From a virus: a DNA stretch of 64,000 nucleotides. Under the pieces are notes generated by a model. It did no database searches. It had not been told where the DNA came from and worked only from the letters and a program-made list of their open reading frames with translations. Below are positions 8,778 through 18,141 of this stretch, piece by piece. Each line of letters begins with the position of its first letter. Within the stretch, counting starts at the first letter, position 1. Location of the stretch: the IMG/VR virus record IMGVR_UViG_3300031236_000004, positions 11,606 through 75,605 of that record. One strand, written 5' to 3'. A program made the translations under genes and the position numbers.

Positions 8778-9079
8778 CAGCGCCTCCGCCGGATCGACGG
8801 CGCCGCGGCCGGCTTCGGGACGGGCTTCGCCGCGATCCTGGGCGCCGGCTTGATCTTGAACAGGTGGCACGAGGTCTGGACCTCGGCGCCCTTCACGATG
8901 AAGGGCCGCGCGAGCGCGCCGGGGGCCTCCCGCTTGACGCCCGCGGGGAACACCTGCCCCCGCTGCTCGGTGGCGGGGTACGTCGAGCGGACGGCGCACC
9001 GGCCGTGCTGCCCCTGCTTGCCCTTTCCCTTCAGGATCGGGTCGTAGTTCGAGCACTCGCTGCAAGGCTTGTCTGCCAT
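8777..9079 (-). CDS. small Cys-containing protein
   Basis: CSEC, GRC, SCH; RBS GGAG. Confidence 0.7.
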   Translation of the reverse strand: MADKPCSECSNYDPILKGKGKQGQHGRCAVRSTYPATEQRGQVFPAGVKREAPGALARPFIVKGAEVQTSCHLFKIKPAPRIAAKPVPKPAAAPSIRRRR

Positions 9080-9089
9080 GGGTCTCCCT

Positions 9090-9602
9090 TCAGACGGCGA
9101 TCATCACGGTCACGCCGTGCTTGTGCAACACGTGAGCGGCCGCGGGCTCGCGCAGGATGCGCGCGAGCACCAGCATGCCCTCGGCCAGGGGCTTCTCCGA
9201 GAACCACAGCCGCGCGGCGCCGCCCGCCAGCTGGGACGCCGGCTGGCCGTCTTCGTCGTCATCAGCGGGCACGTTCCAGGCGTAGTCCCCGTGGCGGACG
9301 CCGATGCCGGCACCCGCGAGCGCCCGCGCGACTGGCGCCACCGCGCTCAGCTCGATCAGGCAGGCCGCGAGCACGCCCACGGCGTCGCCCGGGTTGACGA
9401 CGCGGTGCGACGTGACGTCGAAGCACGCGTGCCGCGAGCGGATGACGTACCGCCCGGGGATGCGCAGGTCCGCGTCCTTGTCGACGTCTTGGATGTCGAT
9501 CTTGTCGCTGGGCGGCTGCGGGCGCGGCGGCGCCTGGCGCAGCGGCTCGACCTTGCGCCACGGGTCGAGGATGCCGGGCTTCTTGGGGCCGCCGTCGGTC
9601 AC
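9090..9602 (-). CDS. hypothetical protein
   Basis: GTG at 9602 (GTGA overlap). Confidence 0.65.
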   Translation of the reverse strand: MTDGGPKKPGILDPWRKVEPLRQAPPRPQPPSDKIDIQDVDKDADLRIPGRYVIRSRHACFDVTSHRVVNPGDAVGVLAACLIELSAVAPVARALAGAGIGVRHGDYAWNVPADDDEDGQPASQLAGGAARLWFSEKPLAEGMLVLARILREPAAAHVLHKHGVTVMIAV

Positions 9603-9826
9603 GGCGCGATCACGATCCCGCCCTCGAGCGCCGGGTCGGCGCACGAGGCGTGGACGAACTCGAACTCGGCGGCAAGCTCGGCCGAGAGCTGCTTGGTCGC
9701 CGGGTCGCGCGTGTTCGGGTTCTTGACGATGTACGCCGGCGTCATGCGGTCGCCGGCCCTGAACGGCTTGCGGCAGCGGGCGCAGGTCGTGTGGGGGACG
9801 CGCTGCCTGAGGACGTCAAGAGTCAT
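9599..9826 (-). CDS. small Zn-finger protein
   Basis: CARC...HASC; coupled to neighbours. Confidence 0.65.
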   Translation of the reverse strand: MTLDVLRQRVPHTTCARCRKPFRAGDRMTPAYIVKNPNTRDPATKQLSAELAAEFEFVHASCADPALEGGIVIAP

Positions 9827-10077
9827 CAGCGGCTGCGCTCTCCGACGAACTTCAAGCCGGCGAGTGCCGCGGCCACGGATTGCACGGCGTAGGGGCTCGC
9901 GAGTCGCAGCTCCCCGCGCGCGATGAACCTGTCGAGCAGCGCTTGCAGGTGGTGCTCGAGTTCTTCGAATACGAACTTCCGCTGGGCGGCGTCCCCGTCC
10001 TCTCGCGGCGGGATGGCATCCCAGAAGGCGTCCACGAACGCGCTGCGCATCGCCTCGAGTTGCTCACTTCTCGACAT
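9826..10077 (-). CDS. hypothetical protein
   Basis: Start MSRSEQ at 10077 with GGAG RBS. Confidence 0.6.
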   Translation of the reverse strand: MSRSEQLEAMRSAFVDAFWDAIPPREDGDAAQRKFVFEELEHHLQALLDRFIARGELRLASPYAVQSVAAALAGLKFVGERSR

Positions 10078-10078
10078 G

Positions 10079-10741
10079 CTACTCCTCGATCCCGATCGCG
10101 CGCGGCATGACGGCCCTGACCGGTGCGAACGTCTTGCGGTGGATGGGCAGCGGCCCGCGCTCGGCCAGCAGCGCCTTGTGCTCGCGCGTCGGGTAGCCCC
10201 GGCTGCGGTCGAAGCCCCAGCGCGGGTACTCCGCGTGGAGCGCGTCGATGCGCTGGTCGTAGGTGACCTTGGCCACGATCGAGGCCGAGCCGATCCGCCA
10301 GTCCGCCTTGTCGCCGTCGGGAACGCACCGGACGTGACACGGCAGCTGGGGGCGCGGGACGTCGCCGTCGACCAGGACCTGGACGTCATCCGCGACGACC
10401 GAGGGGTCCGCCGTCTTGAGGCGCTCCAGGCACCGCAGCGCCGCGAGCTGGATGGCCTCCGGGAAGACGCCGCCCAGGAGCCGCTGGTCGATCTCCGCCG
10501 ACGTGCGCTCGATCGTGATGACGACGGAGCAGGCCGCCCGGATGGCGTCGGCGAGGGCCTCGCGGTGCGCGGGATTCCTGACCCCCTTGGAGTCGCCCGC
10601 CCGGAGCACCTTCTCCCCGCCGATGCTCTTCCACGTCGCGGTGACGCGCGGGGTCCCCTCGGGGAACGCCACCGCGCACACCACGAGCGGACCCACGAGC
10701 GCTCCGCACCCGGACTCGTCGACGCCGATGACGTACCTCAT
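10079..10741 (-). CDS. rnhB: ribonuclease HII
   Basis: IGVDESGCGALVGPLV, DSK, VDG, KADWRIGSASIVAKV, GYPT and IHRKTFAPV; start ATG 10741. Confidence 0.92.
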   Translation of the reverse strand: MRYVIGVDESGCGALVGPLVVCAVAFPEGTPRVTATWKSIGGEKVLRAGDSKGVRNPAHREALADAIRAACSVVITIERTSAEIDQRLLGGVFPEAIQLAALRCLERLKTADPSVVADDVQVLVDGDVPRPQLPCHVRCVPDGDKADWRIGSASIVAKVTYDQRIDALHAEYPRWGFDRSRGYPTREHKALLAERGPLPIHRKTFAPVRAVMPRAIGIEE

Positions 10742-10872
10742 GGCTTCTTCGCCTTCTTCTTGGGCCGCGGGCGCTGCCTGGGGAAGCGGACCTTCGCGCC
10801 GCACGACGCGCACGTCCCGCCCTGACCGCGTCCCGTCACGCGCCAGCCGCAGTCGCACACGACCACGCGCAT
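10738..10872 (-). CDS. 44-aa Zn-ribbon peptide with basic tail
   Basis: Below track cutoff; MRVVVCDCG...CASCGAK...KKKAKKP; stop overlaps rnhB ATG. Confidence 0.5.
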   Translation of the reverse strand: MRVVVCDCGWRVTGRGQGGTCASCGAKVRFPRQRPRPKKKAKKP

Positions 10873-10892
10873 CCCCTTGGGGCGGCCCGCGC

Positions 10893-11099
10893 TCACGCCC
10901 GGATCACCCAGCTGCGCTTGAGGAAGCGGGCGAGTCGCCGGAGGTGGCCCCAGTTCAGCATGGAGCGTCCCTTCTCGATCGCCGTGTACTGCGCGCGGGA
11001 CAGCTTGATGCCGCGGGCGACCTGCGCCTGCGTCAGCTTCTTGCGGCGGCGCGTCTCGCGCAGCTCCCTGAGGAGGTTCTCGTATGCGGGGTCGGGCAT
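10893..11099 (-). CDS. XRE-family HTH transcriptional regulator
   Basis: LRETRRRKKLTQAQVARGIKLSRAQYTAIEKG...LRRLA. Confidence 0.85.
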   Translation of the reverse strand: MPDPAYENLLRELRETRRRKKLTQAQVARGIKLSRAQYTAIEKGRSMLNWGHLRRLARFLKRSWVIRA

Positions 11100-11127
11100 T
11101 GCGGACACAATTCTAGTCGCTTGAGGT

Positions 11128-13272
11128 TTATGGCACAAACGCCGGTCCGGCCGCCAGCTTCGCGACCTTCCTGAAGTGCGCCGTGAACCGCGGGAGGTAC
11201 TGCTCGCACACCTTGAAGTTCGACGTGATCAGGTCGTTGGACCACGGCAGCGCGCGTCGGACCTGCGAGCCGTAGCTCTTGTCCCAGACCCTGGAGTCCA
11301 GGATGGCGACGCAGCCGCGGTCGTCCCGCGTGCGGATGAGCCGGCCCACGCCCTGGCGCAGGTCGATGAGCATGTCGACGAGCTGGACGTCGCGGAACGC
11401 GTCTGCCTTGCCGGCGAGCCGCTCGCGGGCCTTGACGATCGGGTCGTTGAACTGCGGGAACGGCAGCTTCGCCATGATGACCAGGCGCAGGTCGCCGCCC
11501 GGCACGTCGACGCCCTCCCAGAACGACTTGGAGCCGACGAGGATCGCGTCGCGCGTCGCCTTGAACTTGCCGAGCGCCGCGTTCGGGTCGCCGTCGTGCG
11601 GGTTGTTGCGGTGGCCCTGCGCGAACGTGCGGCGCGGGAAGCGCTCCTTGAGCGCGGCCGCGAACATGTCCAGCTCGTCGTTCGCGGTCGTCAGGATGAA
11701 CGCGCCGCCGTCGGACAGCTCGACGAGGCGGACGGCCAGCGCGACCCGCCGGCGCATCGAGTCGGCGTAGGCCTCGGCGTCGTAGCGGCTGACCGCGGGC
11801 ATCTCGCGGGGCACGAAGACGAAGCCCTGCGCGTCGTAGTTGAACGACGTCGGCAGGACCTCGGCCTTGACCGGCGCGATCCCGGTCATGCTGGTGACGT
11901 GGTCGAAGCCGCCCTCGACGGCGAGGGTCGCGCTGCACACCACCACCGTCTTGACCGTGGAGAGGTAGCGGCCCGCGATGCCGCCGACGCCGACCGGCGC
12001 GCACTGGATCGCGAAGCGGCCGCGGTCGTCGCTGGTCGAGTAGATGACCGTGTTGGCCAGGATGCGCGCGCGGCGCATCGCCTCCCTGTCCGGATCGCCC
12101 TCCGTCTCGATCGGGTCCGGGTCCACGATCCCCTGCGCGGTCTGCAGGCCGCGGAGCAGGGAGTCGACGCGCCGCTGCGCCTGCGTGAGCAGGGCCTGCT
12201 CGCGGGCCGAGTCGTCGGCCAGCGCCTCCCGGTCGAGCCCGCCCTCGATCCCCTCGACGGGCTCGTCGCCGACGTAGATGTCGTCGCTGACCTCGTCGGG
12301 CTCGTCGGGCTCGTCGGCGACCAGGTAGCTCGCGAGGGTCTTGGCGATCTCGAGCAGCGACGCCCGGAGGAGCCCGATGACCTCGTCGGCGGGGCCGCCG
12401 GGGAACACGGGCGCATCGCGCGCCTTGGACTCGTAGCCGCGGTCGGTGACGCCCTCGAACATCCCCTCCCACGGCCGGAGGAGCTTCTTCGTCGCGGGGA
12501 AGTCCCGGCCCGTCCGCTTGAGCACGTCCCACAGCTGGCTGATCGAGTCGTCGCCGACCTTGTGGGAGAACGCGGACCGGATGCCGGCCGCGAGCGTGTG
12601 GGCCTCGTCGATGACGAGCACGTCGTACGGTCCGCCGACCATCTTGCCGTGGCCGAAGAACATCTCGGCGCCGAGCACGTGGTGGTTGGTCACGACGAGG
12701 CGAGAGTCGGCAACCGCGCGCTTGAGGCGGATGTAGCCGCAGTTGTTGTAGTTGCCGCAGCGCTTGCCGACGCAGTCCTCGGCCGTGGCCTGCGACCACC
12801 AGCGCGGCGGCGCGCCGGGGTACTCCGCTCGGTCGCCGTACATCGAGTGACCGATGAACGTCTCAAACCTGGCGTCGTTCTCGCCGCTCTTCTCGAGGAG
12901 CGAGAAAGCTGCTGCAGCGCATGCGTAATTGGAACGGCCCTTCAAGGGCGTCGCAATGGTCGGTCCGGTTACGTTTTTGATCACGACATGTACTGCTGGG
13001 AAGTCCTTGTTGATGATCTGATCTTGGAGTGCACGCTTCGCGGTCGCGACGACGACTCGACGGCCCTTCGCCAAGAGCGTAGGCACGAGGTACGCAAGGC
13101 TCTTGCCCAAGCCGACCGGTCCTTCACAGAAATAAGCGCCGCCTTCTCGGAGGACTTGTTCGATCGATGCGGCCATTTGCAATTGCGATGGCCTCACCTC
13201 ACGGATCAATCCGAGCGCCGGGTCGGACAGGAGCATTTGGCTGGTAAGCATGGATGTTGGTTCCATAAACAT
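11128..13272 (-). CDS. dinG: DinG/YoaA-family Fe-S helicase
   Basis: Q motif RPSQ, EGPVGLGKSLAYL, four Fe-S Cys, VTNHH, IDEAH, CSATL, FWEGVDVPG, QGVGRLIR. Start may be 13250. Confidence 0.92.
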   Translation of the reverse strand: MFMEPTSMLTSQMLLSDPALGLIREVRPSQLQMAASIEQVLREGGAYFCEGPVGLGKSLAYLVPTLLAKGRRVVVATAKRALQDQIINKDFPAVHVVIKNVTGPTIATPLKGRSNYACAAAAFSLLEKSGENDARFETFIGHSMYGDRAEYPGAPPRWWSQATAEDCVGKRCGNYNNCGYIRLKRAVADSRLVVTNHHVLGAEMFFGHGKMVGGPYDVLVIDEAHTLAAGIRSAFSHKVGDDSISQLWDVLKRTGRDFPATKKLLRPWEGMFEGVTDRGYESKARDAPVFPGGPADEVIGLLRASLLEIAKTLASYLVADEPDEPDEVSDDIYVGDEPVEGIEGGLDREALADDSAREQALLTQAQRRVDSLLRGLQTAQGIVDPDPIETEGDPDREAMRRARILANTVIYSTSDDRGRFAIQCAPVGVGGIAGRYLSTVKTVVVCSATLAVEGGFDHVTSMTGIAPVKAEVLPTSFNYDAQGFVFVPREMPAVSRYDAEAYADSMRRRVALAVRLVELSDGGAFILTTANDELDMFAAALKERFPRRTFAQGHRNNPHDGDPNAALGKFKATRDAILVGSKSFWEGVDVPGGDLRLVIMAKLPFPQFNDPIVKARERLAGKADAFRDVQLVDMLIDLRQGVGRLIRTRDDRGCVAILDSRVWDKSYGSQVRRALPWSNDLITSNFKVCEQYLPRFTAHFRKVAKLAAGPAFVP

Positions 13273-13411
13273 GATAAGACATTGAACGCGGACCGGGAAG
13301 CGTACCTCGCCAAGAAACGCGATAAGGAGCGCGCGTTATCGCGCAGACCCCCGGAGGGGCGTCGGAACAGTAAACATTGTTCTCGGCAGCGAATCCTTGT
13401 ACCAAATAGCG

Positions 13412-14044
13412 ATGCCAGGTTCAGACGAGGTCAGCATCGGAGACTTCTCGAAGCCCGTCGCGCCGCGACCGAAGGCCGCAGCGCCGGCCGGCGCGCCTGG
13501 CGCGACCGGCGCCACGCGGGACGCGCTGGTCGCCGCGGAGACGCAGCTGGACGCGGAGGTCTCCAGGGACGAGGCCGCCATCAAGCCGATGGTCTCCTAC
13601 GAGGAGAAGCTCGCCGCCGTCAAGCTGACGCGCGAGCAGGCCGCGCAGATCGTCGACGCCGTGCTGCTGCGGGGCTACTGGGCCGAGGACGTCCCGGTCA
13701 CCAAGACGATCAGGGCTCGGTTCCGCACCCGCAGCGCCCGCGACGCCCGGCGCGCCTACGAGATGCTCGAGGCGCAGCGCTGGACGGTGGACGCCCACTA
13801 CTCCGACGCGATGAGCCGGATCGTGCTGGCCGCGTCGCTCGAGCAGTTCGGCGGCACGAAGCTCCCGCACGTCGCGGACCTGCGCAAGGCCTCCGCGAAG
13901 GAGGTCGAGGACGCCTTCGTCGAGCGCCTCGCCTACGTCGACGGGCTCGGGGAGCCGGCGATGCGCCTGCTCTTCGCCAAGCTCTGGAGGTTCGACAACC
14001 GGGTCTCGGTCGCCCTCGAGGAGGGCTCCGTCGAAAATTTCTAG
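13412..14044 (+). CDS. tail assembly chaperone (G-like)
   Basis: Two ORFs upstream of tape measure; ends in a canonical slippery heptamer immediately before TAG. Confidence 0.6.
   Translation: MPGSDEVSIGDFSKPVAPRPKAAAPAGAPGATGATRDALVAAETQLDAEVSRDEAAIKPMVSYEEKLAAVKLTREQAAQIVDAVLLRGYWAEDVPVTKTIRARFRTRSARDARRAYEMLEAQRWTVDAHYSDAMSRIVLAASLEQFGGTKLPHVADLRKASAKEVEDAFVERLAYVDGLGEPAMRLLFAKLWRFDNRVSVALEEGSVENF
14035..14041 (+). other. -1 ribosomal frameshift heptamer A_AAT_TTC
   Basis: In-frame X_XXY_YYZ; the -1 frame stays open to 14490; GC-rich stem potential downstream. Confidence 0.75.
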
Positions 14045-14490
14045 GTTCCCCGGGGGGCAACGCGCGCGCGGTCGTCTTCTCGCGCGGCGTGCAGCTGGCG
14101 CCCCACGGGTCCGTCGAGGACCGCGTGATGCGCGAGATGGTCTTCCGGGAGCGCCAGGAGCGCGTGGCCCACCTCGACGCGATCGGCAAGATGATCGCGC
14201 GGGTGTTCACCGTCGACGCCGAGAAGGCGTTCGGCGCGATCGTGGGCGAGTACGCGGCCGAGGTGTTCCAGGAGACCTATGACGTCGACCTCCTGAGGCG
14301 GAAGATCGCCTTCCGGCGGGCCGAACAGGCGCGCGTCCGCGCCCGGCGGCGGCAGGACGAGGACGCGATCAAGAAGCTCGAGCGGATGGGGCAGTACGCG
14401 GACCGGAAGATCGCGGCGGCGAAGGCCGCAGAGGCGGCCGCCTCAAAGGTCCCCGGCCACGCGCCGCAAAAGCCCAAACCTAACAAGTAA
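14041..14490 (+). CDS. tail chaperone T-like segment (frameshift product, or ATG 14128)
   Basis: -1 frame LGSPGG...MREMVFRERQER...KPNK; protein-like. Confidence 0.65.
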   Translation, partial: LGSPGGNARAVVFSRGVQLAPHGSVEDRVMREMVFRERQERVAHLDAIGKMIARVFTVDAEKAFGAIVGEYAAEVFQETYDVDLLRRKIAFRRAEQARVRARRRQDEDAIKKLERMGQYADRKIAAAKAAEAAASKVPGHAPQKPKPNK

Positions 14491-14520
14491 CTCGGCGGAT
14501 CTACTACAATACGAGTCTCC

Positions 14521-17500
14521 GTGGCCGATCAGCAGTCCAACGAGACGATCCGCCAGATGATGGACGGATTCAGCTCCATGCAGTTCAACCTCGGGCTGCT
14601 GCCGATGCGACAGGCCCAGGCGATGGCCGGCGCGGCCGCGCCGTTCCAGGCGCCCCCGCCGCCCCCGCAGGTCCCGCACCCGTCGGAGGCTGCGGCCGCC
14701 GCCATGCAACACCAGCAGGCGATGATGTCGCAGTCGCTGCAGATGGCGCAGGCGACGCGCTACGCGCCGCCGCCGTCGGCGCCGACGCCCGCGCTCAGCG
14801 CGATGGGGGCGTACGCGCCCGCATCTCCCGTCGGAGGCGGCGGATTCATGGGCGGCGGAATGGGCGGGTATGGCGGCATGGGCGGCGGCGTCGCCGGCTT
14901 CAGCGGCGGGGGCTTCGCGCCGGCCGCCCGGGCGATGCCGTCGATCTTCAACCCGCTCGCGCCGGCGCTGCCGGGCGCGCACTTCATGTCGCCCGCGCTG
15001 CAGCACCTGCAGGTCCAGCAGCACCACCAGTCACAGTTCATGGGGGCGGCGGTCGGGATCGGCAGCGCCGGAGTCGGCTTCGGCGGCTCCATGCTCGGCG
15101 GCGCGCTCGGGTCGGCCTTCGGCCCACTCGGCACGATGGCGGGCAGCTGGCTCGGCGGCCAGATCGGCAACGCCGTCTCGAGCATGATCTTCAACCCGGT
15201 CACGGCCGACTTCGCGCGCGGGCGCCAGATCCAGCAGATGACCTCGCCGTTCATGGTGTCGGGGCCGAGCATGAACATGGCCACGGGCCAGGGCCTCTCC
15301 GCGCAGGCCGGGCGCGACGTCGCGACGGGCATCCGGCACCTGTCCCGCGACTACGACTTCGAGCGCACCGGGTTCAACACCCAGGACGCGATGAAGATCA
15401 TGCAGTCGTCGGCGAGCGCGGGCCTGCTCACCGGCGCCCAGTCGTCCGACCAGATCGTCCAGAAGGTCAAGGACATCTCCAAGACGGTCAAGATGCTCGC
15501 GCAGCTGACGGGCGACCCCGACGTCCAGCACGCCGTCCAGGCGCTCGGCCAGATGAGGTCGCTCGGCTTCCAGGGCCTCGCCGCGCAGGCCGGCGCGGTC
15601 AACAACCGCGCGGTGTACGCGCGCATGGCCGGGCAGTCGCAGGCCCAGATGACCGCGACGATGATGGGCGGCGCGGACATGGCCGGGCAGTTCGGCCTCG
15701 TCGGCGCGACGGGCGCCACCGCCGCGATGTACGGTGCGGGCTCCGCCAACGTCGCGGCGTCGTCGGGCGCGCTGAACGACCTGCAGCTCGCCCGCGCGGG
15801 CGGCGTGCAGGGCCTGGGGCGCCTGAACACGGCGGGCGCGCTTTCCGCGGTGAACAACGAACAGTACCTGCTGGCGGCGATGGGTCGCGACAAGCAGGGC
15901 AAGTTCACGGTCGACATGGACGAATACCGGAGGCTGAAGGACCTGTCGTTCGGAGAGGTCCAGAGGCGCGCCGCCGACGCCATCCAGGGCATGGGCGCGA
16001 AGGGCATCTTCGAGTGGAACTCCCAGAAGCAGGAGCTGAAGGACCGCATCTCGCAGCAGATGCGACCCGGCGAGGCCCAGATGATGATGCGCTCGCAGGC
16101 GCTCCAGACCATGCGCGCGGTGCCGGGCATGGACATGGCAACCGCGATCTCAAAGAACACGGGCATGAGCGCGAGCGACGCGCAGAGCGTCTCGGAGGAA
16201 CTCTCGAGCCGCAAGTACTGGGACGGGATGATCCAGCAGGCCGAAGTCCAGAAGCGCGAGACCATCGATCGACAGCGCGCGCAGAACGCGCAGTACCGAA
16301 CCCCCGGTCTGATGGGGCAGCTGGGACGCAGCGCTCGCGGCTTCGTCGGGGGAGTCAGCGACGCGATCTCGTCGCCGTTTCGAAGCCTGTCCGAACGCAT
16401 CGAGCGCGCGGGCGAAGACGAGGACGCCGCGAGCCACGGGCAGCACATCCGGCGCGTCTCGGGTCTCGCGATCGCCAGGGACGACGCGGAGCGGTCGATG
16501 TCGCACATCGATCGTGAATTTCTCCAGGCCTACTCTCAGAACGTGGGCGCCTCGGTGTTCTCGCCCAAGCCAGTAACGGCACAGTCGATGTACGCCTCCA
16601 TGTTTCGCGGGGAAGCGTCGAGGTCTGAATACGGAGGTGGAAGTAACCGGATGGACAACCGGATCGGGTCGCTCCTCGGGCTCACCGCGGAGAGCGACGA
16701 GAACCGCGTCGTCAGCCTCGCGAGCCGCGCCGAAGGTTCGATGTACGGCTGGCACCCGTTCGCGTCGTTCGGCGACGTCGGGGACGCGGTGGAGAAGGTT
16801 CGAAACGTCGAGCGCGCCGCGTACTCGATCCAGCAGGCGGGGTCGATCTCGACGCAGGACACGCGGGACGTCATCGGGCGCCTGGGGCGCGGCGGCGGCG
16901 GTGGCGGGTCCGAGAAGTTCGACAAGTTCGCGGCCGCGCTCGCGGCGCACGTTCACTCGCTGGAGGCCGGCGCCGCTCCCGCCGCGCCTGACGGAGTCGA
17001 TCCCGACAGCTATGCAGGTCGACAGGGCCGAGCCATGTTGGGCATGTTCACGCGCGCGCGGAGCGCGAGCGCCCTCACCGCAGATAAGATGCGGCAGATC
17101 TACATCGACCAACAACCCGGTAACGAGAAGGCCGCGGCCGCCGAGTACGACGCCGACCCCAAGCTCGCGCAGGCCGCGCTCAAGCGCGTGATGCAGACCG
17201 GCGGCACTAAGACGCAGGAGGTGCTGGGCCTGACCTCGGACATCGGGATCGACGCGGGCGGCATCAAGGGGGGTCGCAGCCGCAAGGGAGCCGACGCGCT
17301 GATCGGCTCGGAGATCGTCGACGCCGGGATGGTCGGCGTCGCCGGCCTGGGTCAGATGGGCGAGCTGAAGTCGTTCTTCGCTCACCACGACGACAACGAC
17401 GAGGTCGCGATCGCGGCCGCCATGGCCGCGTCGCAGAGCGACGACGCAGACGTCGCCAAGCAGGGCAGCGAGCAGCTGGCCGCGATTCGCAAGCGCCTCG

Positions 17501-18141
17501 GCGAGGCCAAGTACACGGAGAAGTCCACGAGCGTCGCCGGAGACCTCACGCCGTCGTCCGCGCGCGCGCTCACCACGTTCGCGATGGGCGGGAAGGACAT
17601 CACCTCCCGCATCGGCACGGGGCGCAAGGCCTTCGGAAACATCCAGGGCAAGGCCGACATGGGCGCGGTGATGGAGAAGGTTCGAGCCCTGGGCGGCGAG
17701 GAGGGCGACGACGTGGTCACCTCGCTCAAGAGCGTCACCGGATCGCGGCTCGACGCCGAGGATGATCCGACTCTCGCGAAGCTCTTTCGGGCCGCTCAAA
17801 CCGGCGACGCGGACGCGATCGACGCGCTCGCCAAGCACCTCGCGCCCACCTCGACGGAGGCCCGCTACGGGGGAGCCGCCAGCGGCACTAAGCAGCTGGA
17901 CGCGGACATCGCCAAAATGAAGGAGGCGCGCGACCAGCTGAGCGATGACAGCTCGGCCGGAGGTTCGCAGGCCAAGGGGATGCTGGACGCCACGGCCGCT
18001 TTCACCGACGCGGTGAAGTTGTTCGCCAAGGCGGCTGGCGTCGTCGCCGACCGCGGCGATCAAGCCGAACTCGACAAGGCAAATCCGGCCGAATGGGCCA
18101 GCAGGGTCTGGGGCTACCAGCTGCCGAAGGATAAGAGCTGA
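14521..18141 (+). CDS. tape measure protein
   Basis: 1206 aa, Ala/Gly/Gln/Met-rich, Gly-rich hydrophobic stretch; follows frameshift chaperone pair and precedes baseplate genes. Confidence 0.8.
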   Translation: MADQQSNETIRQMMDGFSSMQFNLGLLPMRQAQAMAGAAAPFQAPPPPPQVPHPSEAAAAAMQHQQAMMSQSLQMAQATRYAPPPSAPTPALSAMGAYAPASPVGGGGFMGGGMGGYGGMGGGVAGFSGGGFAPAARAMPSIFNPLAPALPGAHFMSPALQHLQVQQHHQSQFMGAAVGIGSAGVGFGGSMLGGALGSAFGPLGTMAGSWLGGQIGNAVSSMIFNPVTADFARGRQIQQMTSPFMVSGPSMNMATGQGLSAQAGRDVATGIRHLSRDYDFERTGFNTQDAMKIMQSSASAGLLTGAQSSDQIVQKVKDISKTVKMLAQLTGDPDVQHAVQALGQMRSLGFQGLAAQAGAVNNRAVYARMAGQSQAQMTATMMGGADMAGQFGLVGATGATAAMYGAGSANVAASSGALNDLQLARAGGVQGLGRLNTAGALSAVNNEQYLLAAMGRDKQGKFTVDMDEYRRLKDLSFGEVQRRAADAIQGMGAKGIFEWNSQKQELKDRISQQMRPGEAQMMMRSQALQTMRAVPGMDMATAISKNTGMSASDAQSVSEELSSRKYWDGMIQQAEVQKRETIDRQRAQNAQYRTPGLMGQLGRSARGFVGGVSDAISSPFRSLSERIERAGEDEDAASHGQHIRRVSGLAIARDDAERSMSHIDREFLQAYSQNVGASVFSPKPVTAQSMYASMFRGEASRSEYGGGSNRMDNRIGSLLGLTAESDENRVVSLASRAEGSMYGWHPFASFGDVGDAVEKVRNVERAAYSIQQAGSISTQDTRDVIGRLGRGGGGGGSEKFDKFAAALAAHVHSLEAGAAPAAPDGVDPDSYAGRQGRAMLGMFTRARSASALTADKMRQIYIDQQPGNEKAAAAEYDADPKLAQAALKRVMQTGGTKTQEVLGLTSDIGIDAGGIKGGRSRKGADALIGSEIVDAGMVGVAGLGQMGELKSFFAHHDDNDEVAIAAAMAASQSDDADVAKQGSEQLAAIRKRLGEAKYTEKSTSVAGDLTPSSARALTTFAMGGKDITSRIGTGRKAFGNIQGKADMGAVMEKVRALGGEEGDDVVTSLKSVTGSRLDAEDDPTLAKLFRAAQTGDADAIDALAKHLAPTSTEARYGGAASGTKQLDADIAKMKEARDQLSDDSSAGGSQAKGMLDATAAFTDAVKLFAKAAGVVADRGDQAELDKANPAEWASRVWGYQLPKDKS

